A stretch of DNA of 64,000 nucleotides from Basidiobolus meristosporus CBS 931.73 (lineage: Eukaryota; Fungi; Basidiobolomycota), in assembly GCA_002104905.1 (NCBI GenBank), contig MCFE01000388.1, positions 1 through 64,000 of the forward strand. Reading direction: 5' to 3'. Under the pieces are notes generated by a model. That model saw only the letters and a program-made list of their open reading frames with translations. It searched no databases and was not told the origin of the DNA. Made by a program: the position numbers and the translations under genes. Of this stretch, positions 48,608 to 61,240 are shown one piece after another (position 1 is the stretch's first letter; every line of letters starts with the position of its first letter).

Positions 48608-51600
48608 TTAATTCATGAAGACGTCCAACCGGTTCAACTGTGCGTAAGTATCGGCTGGCATTCTGAACTGAATCATTCCGGCGAACACCATGAGCGCCCT
48701 AGCCTTCTGACGGATGAGAAGCATTTTCTACATGGATCAACAGGTTAATGTGGGTCATGTCCGGAATAGTTGAAGGTAGGGTTCACTTACGTTTTGTCGA
48801 GCAGAGTCGCTGTAAGGGGAGTTCTTGAGTGGCCCGTAGATCTTGGAGAGCACATTCATGGTGGTCAAAAGGATATCGGGGAAATGGCGGCCAATATTTT
48901 CATCCAATCCCTTGAATTCATCGACCTTCCTGCTGATGAGGCTCATGTCATTCTCAAGAGGGATGATATTTAAGGCCTCGATAGCCTAAAATGTTGAACG
49001 TGGTTAGTGTTTGCAAGAAAACCCCCTGAACGATCCCGGGTTACCATTAATGCGTCTTCCCAACGGTTGCTTTCGGCCAATGACTTGAACTCCAACAACT
49101 TGAGTAGGATGCCGCAGGTTTCTTTGCTCTTCTCGGAAACCTTGGAGATCTTTTCTGGACTCTGCATGTAGTGTGAGATCACCTCTTCGGCAGTGGTTTT
49201 GATGTTGGAGGTGCTGGACAAACCAACCACTCCGGAAACGTCGTTGGCGAAGGTTTGCTGCTTTTGAAGAGGCGCGGCAAGAGAGTCGGAGAGTTGCTTG
49301 ATTATCACCATGATGACAGTATCATAGTCCTCGGCCAAATCATAGAGTCGGAGGGCATCTGAGAACTTGCCTTCGGTGTAGTTCCTCTCAGCAGTGCGCT
49401 TGGTAAGATCTCTGACGAAATCCTTCTCGTTCTGGATTGAAATAAGCGGAAGGTATTTTTCGATGGAGCCAGGTTGGTGGGTTCCATCAGGTCTTAGGTC
49501 GCCCAACAGAGTTTGGTAGTCTCCAGTCTCCATGACCAGATCACAGATGTAGTCGTGACAAAGGGTGATGTAGTCCTGACCAACTGAGTGGCCAAAGAGA
49601 CAGAGGATGCACAGGTAATGCAGGGCCTCCAATGGGTCGGAGCGTGCAAACATATTGGTGTATTGGTGAATCATGCGAGGGATGTTGAATGAGACAGAGT
49701 CGAAGCCAGTGGAATCTGTGTCCTTGATCAAGAAGTCCATACTCAAGTTCTGCAGGTCTCTGGGGACCTTGAGAAGACCATAATAAGCGAGAGCAATGGC
49801 AAAGTGAACAGCCTCCACCTGGTATCTGTTAGACACATAGAGGTAATGGACAGCTCTCTCAAATTGGCAACTGAGCAGCAGGACTTGGAAGTAATGGATG
49901 GGGTTGTTCCCCTTAGGGTTGAAATGTGCTGCTCCGAACTTGAGTAAGAGTGTTTGGAGGTCACGTAGAGAATATCTTTCGTGGACCAGGTCGCTGGGAT
50001 CAATGGATTCTCTGATCAGAGTCAATTGCAACCAGAGGTAGTCCTCGGTGGTTTGAATGACATCTGCCACTGTCTTCTGCTTCAGTTCGCATCTGCCAAG
50101 AATCTTGTAAACGGCGATTTTGTATGGATCGGGAATGTCTCTAACGTTACGTGTTTGCTGAGTGTACTCAGCAAGCAGATATTCACGCATATTGTTGGGA
50201 AGAAGATGGTTTTCGTCGTTAAGATATGCCTTGAAATAGGCGACGAAAGAGCTTTCGGAGTTTTGAAGGTAGTTTTGATGCTCCAAGGCAAACTTGTAGG
50301 CTTCTTGAGCATGACCGGATCTCAATAAATAATAGATGTGTGCCCAGATGGGTGTGTTGTTGTAAACCTCAAGGTGAGGAGGGAAAACGTTTCCGGGTCT
50401 CCAAAGCTTCAGGTTAATATAAGCACGGATTTTGTTATGAATGGATGGAATACCGCCCAGGTTGGCATCTTGAGGACGCATAATAATAGTCTTTTCGATG
50501 TGCTCCAGGAATTGATCTTCCAAATATTTGCGCGAGTTATCAACAAGCTCCTGTCGGAGTTTAACTGCCTGAGAACTGCTATAGTTTTCGTTCAGATAAG
50601 CTCTGGAATATTGCCCTTCCTCGAGGGTCTGTCGCTGGAAAACGCCATTGATAACGTGTTGCTCTCCAACAACTGTAGCCAATAGCTTCCAGCTGTCAAT
50701 GATTTGTTGGGCTTTCATGTCCCCGCTCAAGCTTTTAGCGATTTCCTCGAATGCATGAACAACACCGTAGGCCTCCTTATTAAGACGATGATCGTTCAGC
50801 ACCTTAACAACATTGGCGTAACGGATCATTCTTGAATGGGCTTGAAGGCCAGAGGCGGACTGGTTGCCCGAGCGCACACTTCTACCCAAGGTAGAAGCTC
50901 CCAGTTTCGAGCTGCTCAAGAAGTTAGAAGCAATCTCAGAGGAGCCGAAATCGGTTTCCATCCCCTCGACGCTTCTGCCCTTATGCTGGCCAAGTTCCTC
51001 GAATATCTTCTTCTTGGATCTTTCCCATTCGAGTGAGAGGAGGCGCTCGCAAGTGGAATCGAAATCTTTGAGTGACTAAATTCAAAAGGTTGGTGATCCC
51101 GTATTTACTGACGTGGCTACCACAAACACCAACCTGCTTACGCCCTTCTTCTATGGCACTGATGATAATCTGTTCATATTCATGACGTAGATGACCCTAT
51201 AACGTGTTTGTTTTTAGGAATTGACGTGGTATGGCGAACAGGGGAGTTTCTAGTACCTCGATATCTGTATCATGAATAGGCTTCAATGGCTCGAAAGTTG
51301 TAAGAGGATTGATGGAATTGAGCGTTTGTGTAAGTTCATCAGCATTAAAACCACCATCGGCAAGAAGATAATGTCTTTTCAGAGAGAGGGAGAAGAAAAG
51401 TTTGAGTTAAGCCCAGAAGATACGTTCCCTAACAACCAAGAACGGACTTACGCTTTACTATCGATTCCGTCACCAGTTCTAGCAGCCTTCGCGGCAAGTT
51501 TTCTAGAAGAATTTTCGATCTGACCAAGGCCGCGCTCTATCTGCGGTAAATCAACAGAAGAAGAAATTTGGTCGGTCAAACGACGCGATTGCTCCAACAG

Positions 51601-51621
51601 TTGCTTAAGATTAGCCGCCAT
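48608..51621 (-). CDS. NIC96: Nucleoporin Nic96/NUP93
   Basis: MAANLKQLLEQSRRL...LPQIERGLGQIE, PIWAHIYYLLRSG, DPYKIAVYKILGRC, TEDYLWLQL, C-terminal YAQLNRLDVFMN*. Confidence 0.95.
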
Positions 51622-51962
51622 GATGGTGTGTATATTCCAAGATTGACCGAGGTGACCGTAGTCGTCTAAAGGCTTGCTAAGGAATAAGAGATGAGAGATT
51701 TCAAGAATTGATTTGTTTTGATGATTTTTCTTTTTTCAATCATTACCATAAATTTTTCGTAGGTTACTTTGGGTATGATCTTGAGCAATTATCGGTTTAT
51801 CCCAATTTACAAGCATTGATTCGAACCTTGTACGCGAAATTCCAATGTAATTCACCAAAATGCTAAACCGCAGTATCCTAGCATTTGTTGACATAAGCTA
51901 TGTTTAATGGGTAGGGAGGGTAACATGCGTAAGAGCCAGATACTCCTTGGTTATTAAAGAGA

Positions 51963-53049
51963 ATGGCACCTGCCAAAAAGAAGGCCAAAGTCGAGAGCAG
52001 CGACGATGGTATAGTAATATCTGCTACTATAGTCCGCTAGTCGAGATGTTCATACTTGCTTTTGTGGAAGCTGAACAAACCGTACTTGAATACCTACACA
52101 AAACTAACAGGCCTTACAGTGCCAGTATGAACGTCTATCTATTTCCTTTTATTGCTCTCACTCACTCGGCCTTTGTTGTCCTCAGCCGATATTTTCAACA
52201 ATCTTCACGGGGCAGTTGGGAAAACCGCGATTCAGAAGATCCTGACGCAGCTTGTAGAGAAAGAGGAGATTATGGGGAAGGTGTACGGGAAGCAGTGGGT
52301 TTATTGTATTAGTCAGGTAAAACAGGACTCTGGATCCACCCTTCGTAGCGGAAAACTGGCAACTCCAGCGTTCCATATTTAGGACAAGTTTGAAACACCT
52401 TCTCAAGGAGATTTAGACAATATGGATGAAATCATTGAGGACCTGAAGCAGAAGCTGGAGCAACAGAAAGAGAAAAACAAACAGCTGGCCTCAGGTAATG
52501 GGGAAGTTCGTTAACAACAGATATGCTGGTGATTCAGTTCGCGTTGTTTAGTTTTAAGCGGGCTCAATAACTCGCTCACAAATGGGGAGATCGAAGCAAA
52601 ATTAAGCTCACTCGAGGATGAGGTAAACTGAAATAGATAAAGGCAGTCATGTTATTCGATGCTAATTATTTTGCCAGAATAAGCGGTATGCGGAGAGGCT
52701 GGCCAATTTACGAGAGGGCGGTAAGCAAATGAGCCTGGAGGAAAAAAACAAGATCGACTCCGAATACGATGGTAACCGAAAAGTCTGGAGGGCGCGAAAA
52801 AGAATGGTATGTCTTCAGCCCTTACATACAATGCGAGACAGATGGTAATATCCACAGTTTACCGATATATTCAACACCATCACGGAATTTATGCCTGGCA
52901 AACCAAAGGATCTGCTGGTAAGTGTGTGCGCTTACCTAGCTTGATGCGGTATGAGTAATCGTACGTGCTATCCATAGGTGGAGCAAGGGATAGAAACCGA
53001 TGCGGATGTTGGTGTAGATGTCAATGCTGATCCGCTGGCCGGCATGTAG
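51963..53049 (+). CDS. HOP2: Meiotic recombination factor Hop2/TBPIP
   Basis: Spliced EQTVLEYLHKTNRPYSA|TDIFNNLHGAVGKTAIQKILTQLVEKEEIMGKVYGKQWVY; WRARKRM. Confidence 0.9.
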
Positions 53050-53298
53050 GCAAGATTGGTTGAGCAGCATTGCTACAAGGAATTGTACTTACTTGCTAAA
53101 GAAATTGATTTGCTATATAAATAACGAATAAATCCAACAACTTGGGAAGTAAAATCCTACCAATCATTCCATGAAGTATGATGTCAATGGGTCTGCGGAT
53201 TGGTCCGTTATAAAGCCTATTTTGCAAGATATGTGAAGAGATATAGTTTCTGGTCTAAAACCCACATTATTGCATACCATCCTTAATTTTATCAGTTT

Positions 53299-55983
53299 AT
53301 GGCTACTCAGCATTCGAAGCCTTGGGAGGCTAATCTTCTTACTCAGTTCCAAAACAGAGATGCCACTGTTCAGGCGTTCAGAAGTATATTCGATTCCTGT
53401 AAGTATAACAAACCCCCAAGCACGGTACTTGAACTGACAGTTTGTGTGGATTCCCAATGCAGACTACCGACTAGAACAGAAATTGCTCAGCCTGAAAAAA
53501 GAGCATGCAGAGGAGGTTTCTAGTTTAAGAGTGCAACAACAGCAGGCAGACCTTCAAAAATTAGACAAAGGGAGACTTGAAGAAAGGTCAGCTTATATAT
53601 AGGGATAGTGGGCAGATATTGAAATGTTGAAATAGGGCTCTACTTGTGGATCAAAATCGTTTCAAGGAGCTGGAAAAACAAATTCTGGACCTGAAGGAGG
53701 AACGAGGCGAGCTATACAAAACCCAAGGACAGAATGCACAAAGATTGCTAGAGGCAAACGAGACTATGAAGAGATTGGAACAGAAAAGCAAATCAGATGA
53801 GCAAAAGTAGAGAGCCTGTCCAAAATAGCATGTATTGCGACAATATCTAATGAGATTGAGCGGTATCCAGGATAGAAAAGTTGACTGCAGAGGTGGAGAA
53901 GCTGGTTGTCAAAGTACAGCATCAGGTTGAAGTAATACGTGAGAAAGATTCAACAATTCAAGTGTGTTTGTTTGCTAGCCTCTTCCAACGCGACCATCAT
54001 TACTCACCACTCTGTACAGTTTATTCACGATGAGATGACAGCGTTGCAACTGGAGCTGACCAAGACCGATGAGAAAATGGCCGAAATAAAGAAGGAGAAT
54101 TCAGAGCTGCTTGATCGCTGGATAAAAAAGAAGAATGAGGAGGTGGAGCGCATGAACGAAGCAAATCTATACTCAGAAAGGCATTGACGCTCAAATAAGC
54201 CTTTATGCAACCGGCTGTTGTTAACAGATTTTCAATGGCCATAGGTCGTCTCGCCACGAAAAGAGCCTCTCTGGTTCTAGTTATTTAGCGGATGCGATTT
54301 GGAAGTAAGTGTCAAGGCATTAGCCATGCCATGCCATTGCACGGGATTCACAGTTGTTTCCAGGCTTCGCAGATCGACCATCGGCTCCCCTCAGATCAGC
54401 CCCACGCCACTTCCAAAGCAATTGAACGAAGTCTATGCAGAGTCTATCATGCCCTCCGAGCTCAAGCTTAAATTCGTGAGTGCCCTCTCTCGTAGCACTC
54501 GTCTTGCGATTTCACCAAATTGACTGCGAGTGTTTTGAGCCTGCACACACAGATGTTATAAATACCATCCAAATATCACCCGATGGGGCCATGATAGCAA
54601 CTGGTGGTGAAGATAAGAAAGTCAAAATATTTGACAGCCGAAAAGGTGTTGTGTCTATGGTTGAGTACCGGCATGTAGCGGGCCTTGACGTGTCTATTGA
54701 TAGGGAGCTTGATTCACAACTTTGGTGGCTCAATTCAATCGGTGATGTGCGTTGACTTCAGCTATACGGATGATATGGTTCTTGGTACTTCAAACGATAA
54801 CTCGACTCGTCTGTGGAGCACCAGCACGGGCCGTCTGAAGGTTTGACTCTGGATTTCGGCTGGTGAATCTTCTCCCTGATTTTGACAACAATCTGCAGAT
54901 GACCTTGACCGGCCACATCGGCAAAGTTTTCTCGGCGAGATTCAACGGAGACTCTTCACGAGTGGTATGTGACAAAATGACGCTACGGAATTCAAATACT
55001 TACACTTCAGCATCAGATCTCCGGCAGCCACGATCGTACCATAAAGATATGGGATCTACACCGGGGATATTGTAAGATGCTCCTGTCACGTAAAAATTCG
55101 TAGGAATTCCACTAATCAAGCATTCCAGGTGTCCGGACAATCTTCTCCTTCTCTAGTTGTAATGATGTCTGCCTTGCTGACAGTGATGGGTATGTGCTTG
55201 CCGTGTGCTTGTTCCATGCCAATACTAATCGAATGACCCTGTGCAGCTCAACAATAGTCAGCGGGCATTTGGACAATAATGTTCGCATATGGGATGCACG
55301 GAGCGGAAAATGCATCAAGGACTTGGGTGGAATCCACCAAGCCCAGATTACCTCGGTTGGCGTTACGCCAGGTAAAATCGAATCTTCCGGTTGGTGTTGC
55401 ATGGTGATTAACCTTATTCATTAGACGGGTCCAAAATGCTGACTAGCTCCAGAGACAACACGCTAAAGCTTGTAGACCTGAAAAACTATGAGACGCTCCA
55501 TACCTATCAGTAAGCCTATCTGTCTTCACGCCTCTTTCAGCTGAGACTCACATTCTCCTTAGGGCCGAAGGCTATGTCAGTGGGATGAATTGGGCTAAAG
55601 CAGCAATCAGGTTTGTTAGGTCAACTCGCCTTGTTGGGCAAATGGCTAACCTTCGTTGTGCCTTAGTCGAGATGGAAGATATGTCGCTGCGGGGTCGGCA
55701 GGTACGAAACCGGAGAGCAACATAGCCAGCTTACCGTCACCAATCACTAACACCACTCGTTTGACTAGACGGAACGATCTATTTCTGGGACATGGAGTCG
55801 AGCAGCCTGATCAAGAAACTCAAGGAACACACGTAGGCCACTTCACTCGTTTGCACTTTGATGTGAGCCTCAGCCACTAACAAACGTTTGCCCAGCTCGG
55901 CTATATGTGGTGTCGTCTGGAGTCCTTTGGGAGATCACGTATTTAGTGCGGATCGCGATCGGACTGTGTGCATTTGGAACTAG
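53299..55983 (+). CDS. ATG16: Atg16 with coiled coil and C-terminal WD40 propeller (ATG16L1-type)
   Basis: N-terminal ATG5-binding-like helix, coiled coil (HDEMTALQLEL...ELLDRW), WD repeats (LTGHIGKVFSARF, SSCNDV, SGHLDNNVRIWD, SSRDNTLK). Confidence 0.9.
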
Positions 55984-56191
55984 GCACATGCAATCTGACT
56001 TCTATCAATCATGGGTGCTTTATAGATGGTACAGATATAAAATTGGGGAAATAAACGGGCGAAGAGGCGGGTGAATATTACAACTAAGCTCTCCGGAGAG
56101 TAGTATAGATAAGAAGAGAAGAGATTGGTATGGGCCTATGTCGGGGTGTGATGGGTGGTATAGAGTGGTAGGATCAGGGTGGTGAAGGAAG

Positions 56192-58680
56192 CTAATAGCT
56201 TGAGACGACATCCTGAGCATGTCTCAATGTTTGCGCGAATTGTGTGGTGTCATCACTCTCTTCCTCTAGAAAATTGTAGTTGTCCTCTTGCGTGTACTCC
56301 TCTTCACAATCGTCTTCGGCACCGTAGACTAATCGGTCGTATTCCACCTCCACATACTCGTCCCAGGGGCTAATTGAAGCAGTTATTAGGGTTGGCTCTG
56401 ATGCTTTGGGGTCAACACTTCGCTACTCACCTGACCGTCTCTTCGAAAAGACCCATTCTTCGCTTCCGGCGCAAGTGTCGTGGTCTACTTTCGTAATCGA
56501 TAAAGCGGGATAGATTGAAGAACATGTCGAAAAATACATTGGCTTCGGGGCAATTTTTTAGATCCATCAAGGTGATTACCCCCTCCTTCTTGGGATTGAC
56601 GAGGTCCGACCTATTGGGCCACACATTGATTAGCATTCAAGGTTTCCGAGATGGCTGGACTGAACACCACTTACATCTGACAGAAACAATCGTCCAAGGA
56701 AACATACTCTACGCCGGCATATTCCATCCGGCTTAGCTGCTCTTCGTAGAAATACTCCAACTCAAACACCGTAAGTAAGCCATCTCCGTCTATATCCAAG
56801 CAACGGAACCAGTATTCAATGGCAGTGGGCGTGCTTTTGTTGACTTCAGATAGGATGAACCCTATAATCAATACGACATTAGGAAATCGCCCTCAGAACC
56901 AAGTCCGCACTTGCACTTGCACTTACAAACAAAGTCTCTGTAGCTCATCTTGGGCTCTGGATAGTCGGCAAGCGGCAAGTCACTGATTTTGCCGTATCCA
57001 TCGATGACACGTCTTATGATCTTGTCAGTTAATGAGCCCTCCATATAGCAGGCTAGTTGATCCTCGTTGATTTCCAGATCGTGGTCCTCGTCCAATTCCC
57101 AGAATTTGCAGTAAATCACGTAGAAATCTTTGTAAGAAAAGCATGTTTTGCTCTGTAGAGAGTGTTAAGCCACATGTCGCATCGTCGGTTTTCGCAGAAT
57201 ATGGCTTACCTCGTCGGAGTCGATTCCATTCTCAATCGAGTGAATGGTTTCCATGATCTTTCCGCGTTTGAATTCCTCAAATCGGAGTTTTCCTGTCCAG
57301 CTGCGGTTGTGGTCATAAAATAGACGGGAAACGACAGTTTCGGCTTGTGAGGTAGAATTCCTGGTTAATGTGCCATTCATCCGATAGAAATGAAAGTTGC
57401 TTGAAGTACCATATCTATCCTGAAAAGTGGTGTTCCCGTTCAAAAATTCCAACTCTGGATGGCCACAGATGATGTCTGTTGGGGATTGTTAACTTTGCTC
57501 CATAAGTGATGATGAGGTGGATTACCATACCTTCTAATACGACGTAGAAGTCTTCGGGCACCAGGTAGTTGCTGTCGTCCTGCTTTAATAGGTAGAATCC
57601 AAGCGACGCCTCATCCTTGGCCTCTTTCTGAATAAGCCTCCATCCTCTGAGAAGCAACATGATTAATAGGTATAATATACCTTTAGCATAGTATATACAT
57701 ACCTCATCAACTGATTGTAATTGATGGAGTTTTCGCAGTCCAATATCACCTCCAATTTCCGGAACAAGGCAAAAGTGAAATATCGGGGAAGTAGAAAAGC
57801 CTCTGTAACGGGAACGAACGTCTCATCAGTTAGAGAGCCTTGCTGATCGAAGATCGATTTCAGCTTTTCCTGTAGAAGTTGAAACCTGCCGTGTTAGCTC
57901 TGCACCACCAGTTGATCAGTAATAAACAGAACTAACCAGGTTGCAGGTAATCTGGTTGTGGTATGTAGAAATAAGCTCAGGATTTCCACGGGGAAAATAA
58001 AACTGTGGAATGGATCTTGGTGCCACTTGTGCTGGTACGGAACGCTCTGAACCCTCTATTTTTCTACTAGAGGTTTTCTTTAAAGCAGTGGCACTAGCCG
58101 CTATGTCATTGTCTTCGGCTTCTTGGAAAATGAGCTTCTTCGGTTTTTGTGGCGAAAGGAAAAAACTGTCTTCCTCTTCCGGTGGATACTCGGCACTTTC
58201 ATCGGAGATGGGTGATAACGCCTCAAATTTGAGTCGAGTAGACCGAGTTGGTGAATATACCTCGACGGGTGAGCGAATACGTGTAAGTGGCGAGGAAGGT
58301 GAGCCTACAACATCTGCTGTTTGTCATTAAAGATTGGCCTTTACAAAAAAAAATATCCTCAAATTCCAAGGGTATGTACCTGAATCGAAAATAAATGATT
58401 TTGGAGATTTTCTTGCACAGATAGGACTAATTGGTGCTGGGGAGCGTGGAGAATTAGCAGGCTTATATGGCGAGCCAGCCTTTGAAAGCTTTTCGGGGCT
58501 ATTAGAGCTGGCCAGCTTTTGCTTGAGGATATCGTTGTACCTTGGCGAATAGGACGCTCTGTTAATTTCATCACGATTTGGGCTTTGAATGAATCGGTCT
58601 GATACTTCGTCCACTTGGGGTAACGACGAAGATAGCATTTTGCTGCTCTTGGGGGTTCTTATTGGACTTGTGAGCGACAT
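56192..58680 (-). CDS. PPP2R3: PP2A regulatory subunit B'' (PR72/PR130, EF-hand)
   Basis: HPGLEFL...FQDRY, YCKFWELDEDHD, KSTPTAIEYWFRCLDIDGDG, DLKNCPEANVFFDMFFNL, SPWDEYVEVEY. Confidence 0.9.
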
Positions 58681-60804
58681 GGTAGACAAGTAGGGAAACG
58701 AGCAAAATTGCTTCTAATAGAAAATTTGTTCAAGAGAGTGGACTATCCGCGGTAACAAGACACTGGAGTAGCGTTTTTGATGTCTCCAAGTGTAACCAAA
58801 CGTCAAAGTATATAATACAATCAGTTGTTTTTTACAGCTTTGTTTACCTTTTGCCATGAGAATCATAATATTGGGAGTAGAATCTATTGGGTTACCGTCG
58901 AGTGCTAAATGGTAATTAAACCGTGACTAGCTTATAACCATAATGCCTAAATTGAACAAGGGTTTAAACATCATGCGTTTCGGGGAAAATGGTTAAGTTT
59001 AAACAACAATCGTGTTTGGAGGAAATCAGTGGTTTGACATCATGACCTGCCTGACTCTTACAACAAGACCCCATGATTGCAGAAACGAATCATCAATGTG
59101 CTTTTTCTTCCTTGATTCGTGTCTAGTCGCTTCTGTTTCGGCTATTCTGATTCATCATGGACCATATGTGTACTTATGTTTCACTAGCTCAGCGGTTATT
59201 ATATTTGGCCATATGTCTTAAACCTCACGGGTGTGGTTTGTGAGCTATTGGATTGGATTTAAACTCTTGAGTCACCCGTGATGCCTAGTCCATCGGAAAC
59301 GGATTTTTCAACTGATATATAATCGGGATTGCCTTGGTGATATTCAACATGATCTAGCCAGGGCATTATGACATCCAGTATTGCTAACTGCTTTATCTTA
59401 TAGTATCTACAGCTTGCGAGCACCCAGTAAGCTCCTTTCTCTTGCGGGTTTTGTAACTAACTAGTTGCTGCTAGGTCCTACCTTAGCCCATCCTACCGCT
59501 AAATCTTTTCACATATCGCCCACCATGCAGCTCACGCCTTTTCGATCAGCGTATTTGGACTACCTTTCTTCGTTCTGGCCATTAGCTCATACAACAAACG
59601 CTGCCAGTTAGACTGCTGCCGTGCCTCCCCTTCGCGTCTGTCCACAAAGGAATTAGCTACCCGGGCATTTTCAGCGTATTGTCCCAATCGTCGAAGCCTC
59701 ATTTATTTGTGTCAATATGTCAAGCTTACTGTGGAATAGCCATGTTTACTTGGGTTCTAATCAAATTTAGTATTCCAATGATGACCGCAAGCTGGTGACT
59801 CTGGAGTGATCGATGTGCGCACGCCAATCGTGGCTTTGGTGTGAATTCATGTAATGATTAGTTGTATACATAGATAATGTAATTTTGGTTCTTGTAAATA
59901 TATTATATCTTTGAACACCAACTCTATTAAAATGACTTCAGACAATGTCAGCATACTTGAAGATCTATTTAAATACTCGTAATGTACTGTGTTCTCATGT
60001 TGAGATGGATACTTCAGAATCCGATGTTCATGCACTGGACGGTTCGCTTACGATGAACTGTTTGCCAGCACATCTGCTTACACAAGCACCAGTTCCGAGG
60101 AACACTCTTGGGATAGGGCTAGATAGAAGAATAGACAGGGATAGTGTGGATTACAAAAAGGTATAAAGAGGTTGCATGAGATATGCTAGTAGTCATTGCT
60201 AAACCAATATAGCCCTGGTGTTTTTTTACTCCCTCAAAGCAGTCCGATGCCATGCGAAGTCTAAACCGAGGTGGCCAGAGTCAGGCTAGAGTAAACTTGC
60301 ACATCTGCACCCAAGGAATCTACCCGGAACAAGCCAGCTCCCTTTGGGCCACGCTTTGTCGTCTTATATCTGACGGGAAGTTGGGGTGTACTAACGGTAG
60401 AACTACAGGTAATCACATAGTTCTTTACTGTGATTGGGGCGATCTTTATCAGGTAACACAGTTGCGTAGGAGCATATTTGGTTGATAGAACTGAAGGCAG
60501 CTTTCCTAGGTGCGGCAGATTTTGAATAGTGTTGAGCAGGGGTTGCTAAAAGAAACGACGCTTGGTATCTGGAGATTGGGGGAGTTCTTAGGGTGCATGT
60601 AGCAGAGTGTAACAACAATAAACTATTGCCAACTAGGTGGGTGAAGTGCAACTCGTCAGGCAAATGATATGTAGCTAACCAAACCAAGTGGCATGTACCA
60701 ATGCATATTACATTTAGTCCGAACAAATCAATCATATCGCCATTAAGCAGTTTAGATCCGAAAATTGGGTGTCGAGGGGCTGCTACAATGTCGGCGAAGG
60801 ATGC

Positions 60805-60870
60805 CAGTGTCAACCATTGGAGTGCTGGTGCAGTGTCAACCATTGGAGTGCTGGTGCAGTGTCAACCATT
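60805..60870. repeat. 26-bp tandem repeat x2.5
   Basis: CAGTGTCAACCATTGGAGTGCTGGTG repeated perfectly at 60805 and 60831, partial at 60857. Confidence 0.9.
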
Positions 60871-61240
60871 AGGATTAGCGTTTAGGCAGATTGGTTAGAG
60901 TTTGTGGAAACAGTTCAGGGTGATGTTCAATACGAGCTAGGATAGCCATAGCCTCGAACATGGGTCAACTTCCTTTCCCTATTTGGATTCATTGAAGTCC
61001 AATCAAAGCCAATTGCTCATAACGATTAGCCGAGAACCAGTGAGACTGTTTGACTGGGTCAATTTTGACCCCCTGAACATTTTGTATATATGACCGCTTG
61101 CATGTACAGGTGCTCATCTTGATTCTACAAAAATCCTCATCTTTGCATATCTGCCAAGTCTTTGGAGTTTCGGATAACATAGCTACGGTCACGTTTCAAC
61201 CAGTCTATACCATCGTATACCCTTCACTATCTTTGCTGGT

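Noticed and set aside
59847-60843. Short ORFs upstream of the zinc-finger gene as a LINE relic
   Set aside because: Only a vague WL..YH resemblance; no RT or endonuclease motif could be found
60805-60870. 26-bp repeat as a CRISPR-like array
   Set aside because: Units are directly adjacent with no spacers, there are only 2.5 copies and the context is eukaryotic; simple minisatellite
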